A DNA stretch of 64,000 nt from Acidobacteriota bacterium (GTDB lineage Bacteria > Acidobacteriota > Thermoanaerobaculia > Thermoanaerobaculales > Sulfomarinibacteraceae): NCBI GenBank assembly GCA_015493585.1, contig WGCW01000044.1:2788-66787 (forward strand), given 5' to 3'. Within the stretch, counting starts at the first letter, position 1. Each line of letters begins with the position of its first letter. A model generated the notes under the pieces. It saw only the letters and a program-made list of their open reading frames with translations, was not told the DNA's origin and did not search any database. Shown here in pieces: positions 49,192-57,832 of the stretch. The position numbers were made by a program, and so were the translations under genes.

Positions 49192-49626
49192 ATGGGTGAT
49201 CGCAAGTACCGCCACCGGGGCTACATGGATGACGACGATGAGCGTGAGCGGCCGAGGAAGCGGGGACCTTCCGGGCAGGGCCGCCTGGAGGGAGCCCCGA
49301 GGGGAAGAGGCGTTGGCCTCCCCGGCGATGTCGTTTTTGCCTGTGCCCGGTGTGGCACGAAGATCAAGCAGCTTGGCGTGATCGCACCCGATGCCCGATG
49401 CCCAAAATGCGGCGAGCCGCTCCACACATGCACGAACTGCGCCTCCTTCGACACCAGCGCCCGGTTCGAATGCCGCAAGCCGGTCAAGGTGCGCGTTGAG
49501 AGCAAGTCGAAAGCAAACGATTGCCCCTACTTCCGCCCGAAAGCGGTGCGGGACCTCTCCTCTCGCGGCCCGTCCTCACCTGACGATGCCCGGGCCGCCT
49601 TCGACGCGCTGTTCAAGAAGGATTAA
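49192..49626 (+). CDS. Cys-rich (Zn-ribbon) hypothetical protein
   Basis: AGGAGG RBS; CARC, CPKC, CTNC and two further Cys; ends ARAAFDALFKKD. Confidence 0.75.
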   Translation: MGDRKYRHRGYMDDDDERERPRKRGPSGQGRLEGAPRGRGVGLPGDVVFACARCGTKIKQLGVIAPDARCPKCGEPLHTCTNCASFDTSARFECRKPVKVRVESKSKANDCPYFRPKAVRDLSSRGPSSPDDARAAFDALFKKD

Positions 49627-50969
49627 TGGACGTTGATCACCGATCGAGAAAGGACACGCAACAGATGACCTCTCAAGTTGGTCTGTTCCACCCCTCGCGC
49701 CGGCCTTACCGGTTTACCGTTCTGCTCTTCGTCAGCCTGCTGACGTACGGGAGCTACTTTGCGTACGACTCGCTCGGAGCCATCGCTCCAACCCTGCTCA
49801 AGGCGCTCGGCGTTGATCGCGGCGCGATCGGGGCGACCTACACGCTCTACAGCGTTGCCGCTATCGTGTCGGTCTTCCTCGGTGGCATGCTGATCGACCG
49901 GATCGGGACGCGTGCAGCGACGTTCATCTTCGCGTCGCTCGTTGTCTTCGGCGCAACGGTTGTCGCGCTCGCTCCAGGGATCTGGTGGATCTATGTCGGC
50001 CGCTTCATCTTCGGCGCAGGATCTGAGTCGCTCGTCGTTGCTCAGAGCGCGATCCTCGCCCGCTGGTTCAAAGGCAAGGAGTTGGCGCTCTCGTTCGGGA
50101 TCGCGCTGACCATCAGCCGTCTCGGCACGCTGTTCTCCTTCAACACCGAAGAGCTGATCGCGAAGTACTTCCACAACTACAAGGCCGCGTTGTGGGCCGC
50201 GGTTCTGCTCTGTCTCCTCTCGCTTGGTGCCGCGCTGATCTACTGGTGGATGGACGCCCGTGCCGAGAGGGTCTTGAAGCTCGAGGAGGGCGAGGCCGAG
50301 GACAAGGTCGTGCTCTCGGACATCAAGAGGTTCCCGAGGTCGTTCTGGTACGTCGCGCTCCTGTGTGTCACCTTCTACTCCGCGATCTTCCCCTTCACAG
50401 CGCTTTCGACCGACTTCTTCCACGACAAGTGGGGGCTTCCGCTGGCTGCGGGAGGTACGGGCTCGTTCTTCTCACAGGTCTTCTCGAACTTCCTCCACAT
50501 GTTCTCGACGGCCGGCGGCACGACGAGCATCATCATCTTCGCCTCAATGATCTTCGCACCGTTTGCCGGTCAGCTGGTCGATAAGATCGGTCATCGCGCC
50601 ACTCTGATGGTCTTCGGAGCGTTGTTGATGATCCCCAGTTACCTGCTGATGGCGTTCACGCACATCCCGCCGCGCTGGCCGATGATCATGCTCGGCGCCG
50701 CATTCGTGCTGGTTCCTGCAGCGATGTGGCCGTCCGTGCCGCTGATCGTCCCCAAGGAGCTGACCGGCTCCGCGTTTGGGCTGATCACGATGATCCAAAA
50801 CATCGGCCTGGCCCTGTTCCCATTCTTCAACGGAAAGCTGCGGGACATCACCCACACGTACACGGCGAGCATGATGATGTTCGCATGCCTCGGTGTGGCC
50901 GGTCTCATTTTTGCCTACCTCCTCAAGCGGGCTGACACACACGAGGGAGGCGCACTGGAAAGGCCGTAG
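49626..50969 (+). CDS. MFS transporter, MFSD1-like
   Basis: About 12 hydrophobic segments; GSYFAYD, GRFIFGAGSESLVVAQ, WFKGKELA, MIQNIGL; start may be the second Met (MTSQVG). Confidence 0.88.
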   Translation: MDVDHRSRKDTQQMTSQVGLFHPSRRPYRFTVLLFVSLLTYGSYFAYDSLGAIAPTLLKALGVDRGAIGATYTLYSVAAIVSVFLGGMLIDRIGTRAATFIFASLVVFGATVVALAPGIWWIYVGRFIFGAGSESLVVAQSAILARWFKGKELALSFGIALTISRLGTLFSFNTEELIAKYFHNYKAALWAAVLLCLLSLGAALIYWWMDARAERVLKLEEGEAEDKVVLSDIKRFPRSFWYVALLCVTFYSAIFPFTALSTDFFHDKWGLPLAAGGTGSFFSQVFSNFLHMFSTAGGTTSIIIFASMIFAPFAGQLVDKIGHRATLMVFGALLMIPSYLLMAFTHIPPRWPMIMLGAAFVLVPAAMWPSVPLIVPKELTGSAFGLITMIQNIGLALFPFFNGKLRDITHTYTASMMMFACLGVAGLIFAYLLKRADTHEGGALERP

Positions 50970-51027
50970 GGAACCCGGCGGTATCGCTCTGACTGACGGG
51001 CTTCGAGACGCTTGAGGGACGGGCAGC

Positions 51028-51378
51028 TCAGCTCGCCGGGGCTTCCGGCGTGTCCCCGGAAGCTGGCGCGAGCAGGACGGCGGTGCCGTAGGCGAGGAGC
51101 TCAGCGGCACCTTGCATGGTTTCGGAGGTCATGAAACGGACGCTGACAACGGCGTCCGCACCGAGCTCCTTGGCCTCATCGATCATCCGGTCGAGCGCCT
51201 GCTCCCGGACCTCGGCGAGCATTTTGGTGTACTCCTTGACCTCGCCGCCGACGATGTTCCGCATCAACGCCATGATGTCCTTACCGATGTTTCTGGCACG
51301 GACCGCGTTGCCACGGACGAGGCCCAGCGTCCGGACGATCTTCCGGCCCGCGATGGTTTCGGTCGTCGTGATGATCAT
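51028..51378 (-). CDS. ybjQ: YbjQ/UPF0145 family (putative heavy-metal-binding) protein
   Basis: MIITTTETIAG...LGLVRG...IVGGEVKEYT...AKELGADAVVSVRF...ELLAYGTAV. Confidence 0.9.
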   Translation of the reverse strand: MIITTTETIAGRKIVRTLGLVRGNAVRARNIGKDIMALMRNIVGGEVKEYTKMLAEVREQALDRMIDEAKELGADAVVSVRFMTSETMQGAAELLAYGTAVLLAPASGDTPEAPAS

Positions 51379-51818
51379 TTCATGATTCTCCTGTACCTGT
51401 CGGTCTTGAGGTCCCTCAGCCGGTCCAACAGCGCCGAGAGCAACAGCAGCGCTCCTGCGGCGATACCGCCAAAAGTCATGATGCGGACGATCGCCCCTTG
51501 AGATCCCCGCCAGGCTTCCCACAATGCGTAGCCGAGCACGAAGATCACCCAGGGGATCGCCAGCCACCAACCCAGCAGCCGGAACGTCAGACTGGCTCCG
51601 GTCCGCGGCCGTTCGTCCCACTCCTCATCGGAGGGGACTGGCAAGCCGGTCGTCATGGCAGCGTTTCGAATCCGCCGCAGATCCTCGTACAGCGCCCGGC
51701 AGTGGGGACACCGCTCGAGATGGAGGCGGACCTTCTGCTCATCGGCCTGGGTCAGCTCACCGTCGAGGAAGGCGGTGATCAGCCTCTCATCAAAGCCCAT
51801 CGGGCACCGGTCACGCAT
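51375..51818 (-). CDS. Zinc-finger (ZAS, zf-HC2) anti-sigma factor with two TM helices
   Basis: AFLDGEL, HLERCPHC (HxxxCxxC); overlaps the sigma gene stop. Confidence 0.85.
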   Translation of the reverse strand: MRDRCPMGFDERLITAFLDGELTQADEQKVRLHLERCPHCRALYEDLRRIRNAAMTTGLPVPSDEEWDERPRTGASLTFRLLGWWLAIPWVIFVLGYALWEAWRGSQGAIVRIMTFGGIAAGALLLLSALLDRLRDLKTDRYRRIMK

Positions 51819-52437
51819 CGGCCGCCTCCTCCCCCGCCAGCCCGGTCTGCATGCTGGCGTGAACGGCCTGCCGGACCATCAACCGCCCACGGTGGAGGCG
51901 GGACATCACTGTTCCTCTTGGTAACCGGAGGATCCGCGCGATTTCGGCGTACGCCAGGCCGTGATAGTCCCGCAGGACGAGCACCTCCCGGTAATGGACG
52001 GGAAGCTCCTGGACGGCGCGCCAGACAACTGACTGAAGCTGCCACCGGGAGGCCGTGGCTTCCGGTCCGGGGCCGGCTGCCGGGAGATCGTTTCCCCGTG
52101 CCTCGGTCAGCTCCTCCAACGACGATGCGCGGCGCACCCGTGCGCGGCGGAGCCGGTCCCGGGCCAAGTTACGGACGATCCGGTACAGCCATGGGCGAAC
52201 CGGGCGCCGGGGATCGAAGCGGCGCAGTGAACGAAAGAACCGGAGCATCGTATCCTGGGCCAGGTCGGCAGCGTCCTCCCGGTTCCCGGTCAGCTGCAAC
52301 GCGAGGACGTACGCGAGCTTTCGGCAGAACGCTCCGAGCTCCTCGAGCGCGGCGGCATCACCGCTTTTCGCACGGACGATCAACCGCATCTCATCGGAGG
52401 GCACATCCGCGGCAGGGAGGCTCATCGTCATGCTCAC
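51811..52437 (-). CDS. ECF-family RNA polymerase sigma factor
   Basis: DAADLAQD, RPWLYRIVRNLARD, LAYAEIARIL..PRGTVMSRLHRGR. Confidence 0.92.
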   Translation of the reverse strand: MSMTMSLPAADVPSDEMRLIVRAKSGDAAALEELGAFCRKLAYVLALQLTGNREDAADLAQDTMLRFFRSLRRFDPRRPVRPWLYRIVRNLARDRLRRARVRRASSLEELTEARGNDLPAAGPGPEATASRWQLQSVVWRAVQELPVHYREVLVLRDYHGLAYAEIARILRLPRGTVMSRLHRGRLMVRQAVHASMQTGLAGEEAADA

Positions 52438-52528
52438 GCATCATTCTACGCCTGCGCGCCTCTTCTATTCCCGGTCTCCCGATCTTTGGGGGATACGCAT
52501 GGCGAAATGGTGTATACTCCGCACCGGT

Positions 52529-52552
52529 GCCCCGCGGGCGGGGCGTTTTTTT
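52529..52552 (+). terminator. Terminator-like hairpin plus U7 just upstream of the phosphoesterase start
   Basis: GCCCCG-CGGG-CGGGGC-G-TTTTTTT. Confidence 0.45.
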
Positions 52553-52572
52553 CGATGCGTTCTCGATCTTCC

Positions 52573-53424
52573 ATGATTTCACGCCGCCGTTTCTTGAGGC
52601 TTGGCTCGGCCGGGGCCGTGACGGTTCTTGGCCTAACCGGCAGTAGCTTTGCCGAGGTGCAGGGCCTCCCTGGGCTTCGCCGGATCACGCTGAAGCTGCC
52701 CGCGCTGCCCCCGGCCTGGGATGGGCTGCGGATCCTTCAGGTTTCCGACGTCCATGCTGGCCCGTACATGTCTGTGAAACGGATGCAGAGGATCCGAAAG
52801 CTGATCGAACGGATCCCCGCCGATCTGATCGTTTTCACCGGCGACCAGATGGACCGCCGGCCTTCGGACGCCCCCGCCTTCGTCGAGGGATTTTCTGGGA
52901 TCTCGGCCCCTCTTGGCGTCTACGGAATCCTCGGAAACCATGATCACTTCATCGATCCGGCACGTTCTGAGTGGGCCCTCCGGGCTGCCGGCATCCGGCC
53001 GCTCATCAACGAGACCAGGGTGCTCAGACGTGCGGGTCAGGGGCTAGCCCTGATCGGCCTTGAAGATCTCAATGCGTCGGGGAGCCGCGCGCCTGATTTC
53101 TCACTCCTTGGCCGGTACGGATCGAGCTTCAGAATCTGTCTGATCCACCAGCCGCGGGCCTGGCACGAGGCGTTGAAAGCGGGCGCCCACCTGACTCTCT
53201 CAGGTCACACTCACGGCGGCCAGATCGCCCTTCCGTCGCGTCACGTCAATATGGCGCGGTTGCAGACCCGGTACATCGCTGGACCCTACCGGCGCGATGA
53301 TGCCTTCCTCTACGTGTCGCGGGGGATCGGGGTTGGTGCGCTCCCAATCCGCGTCGGCGCTCCCCCGGAGATCGACCTCATCACGCTGCGAACCACCGCG
53401 ATCTCTGTCCGCGCTGCGGCATAA
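52573..53424 (+). CDS. Tat-signal metallophosphoesterase (YkuE/YaeI-like)
   Basis: MISRRRFL; SDVH, TGD, GNHD, SGHTHGGQ, SRGIG. Confidence 0.88.
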   Translation: MISRRRFLRLGSAGAVTVLGLTGSSFAEVQGLPGLRRITLKLPALPPAWDGLRILQVSDVHAGPYMSVKRMQRIRKLIERIPADLIVFTGDQMDRRPSDAPAFVEGFSGISAPLGVYGILGNHDHFIDPARSEWALRAAGIRPLINETRVLRRAGQGLALIGLEDLNASGSRAPDFSLLGRYGSSFRICLIHQPRAWHEALKAGAHLTLSGHTHGGQIALPSRHVNMARLQTRYIAGPYRRDDAFLYVSRGIGVGALPIRVGAPPEIDLITLRTTAISVRAAA

Positions 53425-53494
53425 CACCAGACAAAACCGATCGGCTGAAAATGCGTCCCCGGCATCCCTCAGCCATCGAGGGTAGAATGGCTCC

Positions 53495-54385
53495 ATGCAG
53501 CAGCGATTGGCGGGTCTCGTCAGGAGCCTCCGTCCTCAGCAATGGGTGAAGAACGGGTTCGTGCTCGTACCGCTGGTCTTCTCCGACCATGCCGGGGATG
53601 TTCCGGCGATCGGGCGGGTCGTGCTCGCGGTTGCGGCATTTTGCGCCGCCTCGTCGGCGATGTACCTCGTCAACGACCTCCTCGATGCCCCTCGCGACCG
53701 GGTCCATCCCGTCAAGCGGCTGCGGCCGATCGCATCGGGACTGGTGCCCTTTTCATGGGCGCTCCTCTCAGCCGGCACACTGACCGGCATCGCCGTGGCG
53801 ATCAGCTTCGCCGTTGGCCGCCCCTTCCTGCTCGTACTCGGCGCCTACGTCGTGCTGACCCTCCTGTACTCGGCGGGCCTCAAACGGGCCGTCTTCGTCG
53901 ACGTGCTGGTGGTCGCGGCCGGGTTCGTCCTCCGGGTCGTCGGTGGTGCGGTGGTTATCCCGGTCCCTGTCTCGAGCTGGCTCCTGCTGTGCGCGTACCT
54001 GCTTGCCCTGTATCTGGCGCTGGGAAAGCGGCGAGCCGAGCTGGTGCTCCTCGGTGAGGGCGCCGGCGATCACCGGGCCGTCCTCGGACACTACTCGTTG
54101 CCGCTGGTCGATCAATCGATCTCCGTCATCCTCGGCGCTACCGTCGTGGCCTACGCCGTCTACACCGTTGCGCCGGAAACGGTCGCCAAGGTTGGCTCGA
54201 GCGGCCTGATGACGACGGTGCCGATCGTCATCTACGGCCTCTTCCGCTACCTGTACCTGCTGCACCGCCAGGACCTCGGCGGGAACCCTGCCAAGACGCT
54301 GCTGACAGATCTTCCTCTCGCGGCATGCGTGATCCTCTGGCTAGCCGTGGCTGCCGTGGTGATCTCGTTCGGTCCAATGAGATAG
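53495..54385 (+). CDS. UbiA-family decaprenyl-phosphate phosphoribosyltransferase-like protein
   Basis: RPQQWVKN, YLVNDLLD...DRVHPVKRLRPIASG, GKRRAEL, YGLFRYLYL. Confidence 0.85.
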   Translation: MQQRLAGLVRSLRPQQWVKNGFVLVPLVFSDHAGDVPAIGRVVLAVAAFCAASSAMYLVNDLLDAPRDRVHPVKRLRPIASGLVPFSWALLSAGTLTGIAVAISFAVGRPFLLVLGAYVVLTLLYSAGLKRAVFVDVLVVAAGFVLRVVGGAVVIPVPVSSWLLLCAYLLALYLALGKRRAELVLLGEGAGDHRAVLGHYSLPLVDQSISVILGATVVAYAVYTVAPETVAKVGSSGLMTTVPIVIYGLFRYLYLLHRQDLGGNPAKTLLTDLPLAACVILWLAVAAVVISFGPMR

Positions 54386-54404
54386 CGTTGCCTGCGCGTT
54401 TCGT

Positions 54405-55781
54405 CTACGCGAAGGACGCTGCGACCTGGGCGGCGGTTTCTCTCGCCTGGCGGATGCAGTCGTTCGTGGAGACACCCCGGTAGAACGAGCCGGTCAGGAA
54501 GACCCCGGCGGCCCGCGCGGCGGCGGTTGCTGCCGAGACGCGCTCGAGATGACCGATCGTGTACTGGGCGATGCCGCGGGGATGGCGAACGATCCACGTC
54601 CGGGCGGGGGTGGCGGCCCTGCCGAAGAGCTGAGCGAGCACCGTGCCGGTTCTCGTACGGATGGCCTCGTCATCGAGATTGATGCTGCCTGGATCGCGGG
54701 CGCCGCCCAGCATGGTTCGAAGGAGCAGATGATCCGGCGGCGCCTGCCCCGGGAAGATGTCGTGGCAGTAGAGACATCCCAGGATCCCGAGCGGCTCAGT
54801 CCCGGGCACGAGGAACCCGAAGCCGGAGACCGGCCGTCCAAACGCCATGATGCCCTCGTAGGAATCCATGACGACGGTGACCGGGGCAGTTGGGATGGCC
54901 CGGAGCGGCTCGACGGCGGCCGGCGCAAGTTCCGCGAGGATGGCAGCCGCAGCGTAGGCGGGGGTGGCGACGATGACGGCATCTGCTGTGATCTTGGCGC
55001 CTTCTCCATGCAGGACAAACCCGTCATCCCGGCGGCTCATCGACCGGATTGGAGCTTTGAGGGCCAGCCGTTCGCCGAGATGAGCGGCAATTGCCTTGGG
55101 GAGCGCTCCCATGCCCTCACGAAACGTCGTCAGCGTCCCGCCGGGACCGCTCGGACCACCGGAGGAGGCACCCGTCCGGCGGGCGGCCCGGGCCTTCGCG
55201 ATCATCGCCCGCGTCAGGGAGCCGTACTCAGCTTCCATCGCCGCCATCTTCGGAAAGGTCGCGGCGAGGGAAAGCTGCCTCGAATCACCGGCATACACCC
55301 CTGTCACCATGGCATCGACGAGGATGCGCGCGGCCCCCTCCCCGATCCGCCTCCGCGCAAAGTCGAACACCGACTCGTCCCTGCCGGGATGCTTTCGCGC
55401 GAACGGCTCACCCAAGAGTCTGAGCCGGGCGCCCAACCCAAGGACGTTTGATGCCATGAACGCGAGCGGCGAGAGCGGAATCCGGCGCAGCCGGCCCTTG
55501 CGGACGATGAACCGGTCCGACGACGTGTCCGACGCCCGGATCAGATGAGCCCCGAGACCGGCGGCCTCCGCCAGCTCCAGCGTGTCCGGCGCATTGTCGA
55601 GGAAACCCTGCGGCCCCCACTCGAGGATGTGACCATCCGCGGAGACCGACCACATCTTTCCCCCCGGCCGGTCCGATGCCTCCAAGACGATGACATCGCT
55701 GATCCCGTGATCGTGCTCCAGCCAAAACGCAGCAGCCAGTCCTGCGATCCCTCCCCCGATGACGGCAACGCGGTGTTTCAC
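54405..55781 (-). CDS. hemG: Protoporphyrinogen/coproporphyrinogen oxidase (HemY-type)
   Basis: IGGGIAGL FAD motif, LEWGPQGF, GVYAGD, GFGFLVP, IAQYTIGH, GVSTNDCI. Confidence 0.9.
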   Translation of the reverse strand: MKHRVAVIGGGIAGLAAAFWLEHDHGISDVIVLEASDRPGGKMWSVSADGHILEWGPQGFLDNAPDTLELAEAAGLGAHLIRASDTSSDRFIVRKGRLRRIPLSPLAFMASNVLGLGARLRLLGEPFARKHPGRDESVFDFARRRIGEGAARILVDAMVTGVYAGDSRQLSLAATFPKMAAMEAEYGSLTRAMIAKARAARRTGASSGGPSGPGGTLTTFREGMGALPKAIAAHLGERLALKAPIRSMSRRDDGFVLHGEGAKITADAVIVATPAYAAAAILAELAPAAVEPLRAIPTAPVTVVMDSYEGIMAFGRPVSGFGFLVPGTEPLGILGCLYCHDIFPGQAPPDHLLLRTMLGGARDPGSINLDDEAIRTRTGTVLAQLFGRAATPARTWIVRHPRGIAQYTIGHLERVSAATAAARAAGVFLTGSFYRGVSTNDCIRQARETAAQVAASFA

Positions 55782-55808
55782 GACGTCTCGACCCTCCAGC
55801 CATCAAGA

Positions 55809-56804
55809 TCATACCGGTTCGGCGGGCACGGGTGCGGTTTCCCCTTCTCCGGAGGTATTGCGGGCGAGGTCCTGAAGCCCATCACCGATCAGCGCCAGGG
55901 CGATAACGAGGGATGCGATGGCAAGCCCGGGGAACGTCGAGAGCCACCACCCCTGGAGCAGGACCTTGTGCCCCTCGGCAACCAGCGAGCCCCAGGTTGG
56001 TGTCGAGGGAGGGATACCCAGGCCGAGGTAGGAGAGCGTCGCTTCAGCGAGCACGAGGTCGCCCAGGCGCAGGGCGGCATCCTGAGCGACCGGCCCAACG
56101 AGGTTCGGGGCGTAGTGCAGCTCCCAGATCCGCCACCACGGGCTCCCAGCCACCCGCGCCGCCTGGACGAACTCCCGCTGCCTGAGGGAGAGCACCTGCC
56201 CGCGGACCAGGCGCGCCAACCCCATCCAGGAGCTCAGCCCAAGGACAAGGATCAGCGCCGGCGGGCCCGGCCTGAAGAGCGCAACCGCCAAGATGAGCAG
56301 GAAAAGAATCGGGAAGGCGAGGAAGGCGTCGACCAGCCGCATCAGGAGTGAATCGGCCAGCGGGCCGAACGTCGCCGCGGCCAGTCCGATGCTTCCCCCC
56401 ACGATCAGGGCAATCAGCAGGGCGAGCGAGGCAACGGCCAGCGAGATCCGCCCGCCGGTCAACGATTCGCGCAACAGATCACGCCCGAACCGGTCACTGC
56501 CCAGCCAGTACCGGTGCGTCGCAAGCTTAGCGATCCGGCCGCGCGGAATGTCGATCCGGCGTTCGCCGGGGCCACGTACCACGATATGGCCGGCATCGCG
56601 CGCAACACGTGGCGAGATGTAGACGGCGCCATCGGTCAGGAGCACGACGGTCACCCGGCTTCCCGGGGGAAGCAGGGCGGCGCGGGCCGGATCCATGCCG
56701 GGGAGCGGGCGGATCAGCCACGGCCCAGCGATGCACGCGATGATCATCAGGACGATCACAGCGGCCCCGGTCCTCAGCCGCGGTGGGGCGGTCCGCACGC
56801 TCAT
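55809..56804 (-). CDS. Peptide/nickel ABC transporter permease (DppC/OppC-type)
   Basis: WLGSDRFGRDL, GGRISL, ARLVRGQVLSLRQREFVQAA, EATLSYLGLG, LIGDGL; start at 56804 (ATGA overlap). Confidence 0.9.
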   Translation of the reverse strand: MSVRTAPPRLRTGAAVIVLMIIACIAGPWLIRPLPGMDPARAALLPPGSRVTVVLLTDGAVYISPRVARDAGHIVVRGPGERRIDIPRGRIAKLATHRYWLGSDRFGRDLLRESLTGGRISLAVASLALLIALIVGGSIGLAAATFGPLADSLLMRLVDAFLAFPILFLLILAVALFRPGPPALILVLGLSSWMGLARLVRGQVLSLRQREFVQAARVAGSPWWRIWELHYAPNLVGPVAQDAALRLGDLVLAEATLSYLGLGIPPSTPTWGSLVAEGHKVLLQGWWLSTFPGLAIASLVIALALIGDGLQDLARNTSGEGETAPVPAEPV

Positions 56805-57769
56805 CGCGGGCTCCGGGCCCGGGGATCGACGATCAGGTAGAGCACGTCCGACACGAGGTTGCCGAGGATCACCGCGCCCGCTCCCAGCAGCGTCACTGCA
56901 AGAATGAGCGGAACATCCCGGGCCCACGCGGCGGTCCACAGAACGCGGCCGATTCCGGGCCACGCGAAGATGACTTCAATGACCAGTGAACCGGATACGA
57001 GGAAGGGGATCGCCAGACCAAGGAGCGTCACGAGCGGCAGGAGTGCGGGCCGCAGGGCGTGAACGAGCAGCACCCTGCGCCGGGAAAGACCCCTCGCTCG
57101 AGCGGCGAGAAGGTAGGGCGCCTCGTGCAGGTCGAGCAGCGCCGCCCGGAGGTAGCGGGCAGTCCCAGCGGCTCCAACAACTCCCAGAACACCGGCTGGC
57201 AGGATGAGGTGCCTGATGAGATCGGCGAAGCGGACACTGGAGCTCGCGCCGATGGCACCGACGGAATGCATGTGTGAGGCCGGGAGCCATCCGAGGATGA
57301 CGGAGAAGAACAGGATGGCCAGCCCCGCCAGCCAGAACGATGGCATGCCGTACAGCCCAAGGCTGAAAACCGTGCAGATCCGGTCGAACCAGCTCCGTGG
57401 GCGGGCAACGGCGATCAACGCCAGGAGGATTCCGAGGGCGAAATCGAGCGTCAGTGCCGTTCCAGCGAGCAGCAGCGTCGGTGGCAGGGCCCTCGCAACC
57501 ACGCGGCTAACCGGCTGGCGGTAGAGGAACGATACGCCGAGATCGCCGCGGGCCAGCGCGGCCAGCCAGCGGACGTACTGTTCGCCCAGGGGCCGGTCGA
57601 GGCCAAACTGCTCCTCGATATGCGCCCGCGCCTGTGGTCCAAGCTGCGGATTGTCGATCAGGTCGGCGACCGTGCCGGGAACGGCGTGGACCGCGAGGAA
57701 GGTCAGGGTCACGACCAGCCAGAGCAGGGGAACCGCAATCGCCAGGCGCCGGAGGATCAAACGTGCCAT
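56801..57769 (-). CDS. Peptide/nickel ABC transporter permease (DppB/OppB-type)
   Basis: FGLDRPL.EQY, GDLGVS, HLILP, ARARGL, IEVIFAWPGIG, VDPR. Confidence 0.9.
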   Translation of the reverse strand: MARLILRRLAIAVPLLWLVVTLTFLAVHAVPGTVADLIDNPQLGPQARAHIEEQFGLDRPLGEQYVRWLAALARGDLGVSFLYRQPVSRVVARALPPTLLLAGTALTLDFALGILLALIAVARPRSWFDRICTVFSLGLYGMPSFWLAGLAILFFSVILGWLPASHMHSVGAIGASSSVRFADLIRHLILPAGVLGVVGAAGTARYLRAALLDLHEAPYLLAARARGLSRRRVLLVHALRPALLPLVTLLGLAIPFLVSGSLVIEVIFAWPGIGRVLWTAAWARDVPLILAVTLLGAGAVILGNLVSDVLYLIVDPRARSPR

Positions 57770-57832
57770 CGGACTATCTGCTCCTGCAAGCGCCGGACTG
57801 GATGGGCGCTCCGAACGGCCGGATTGGCCCGG

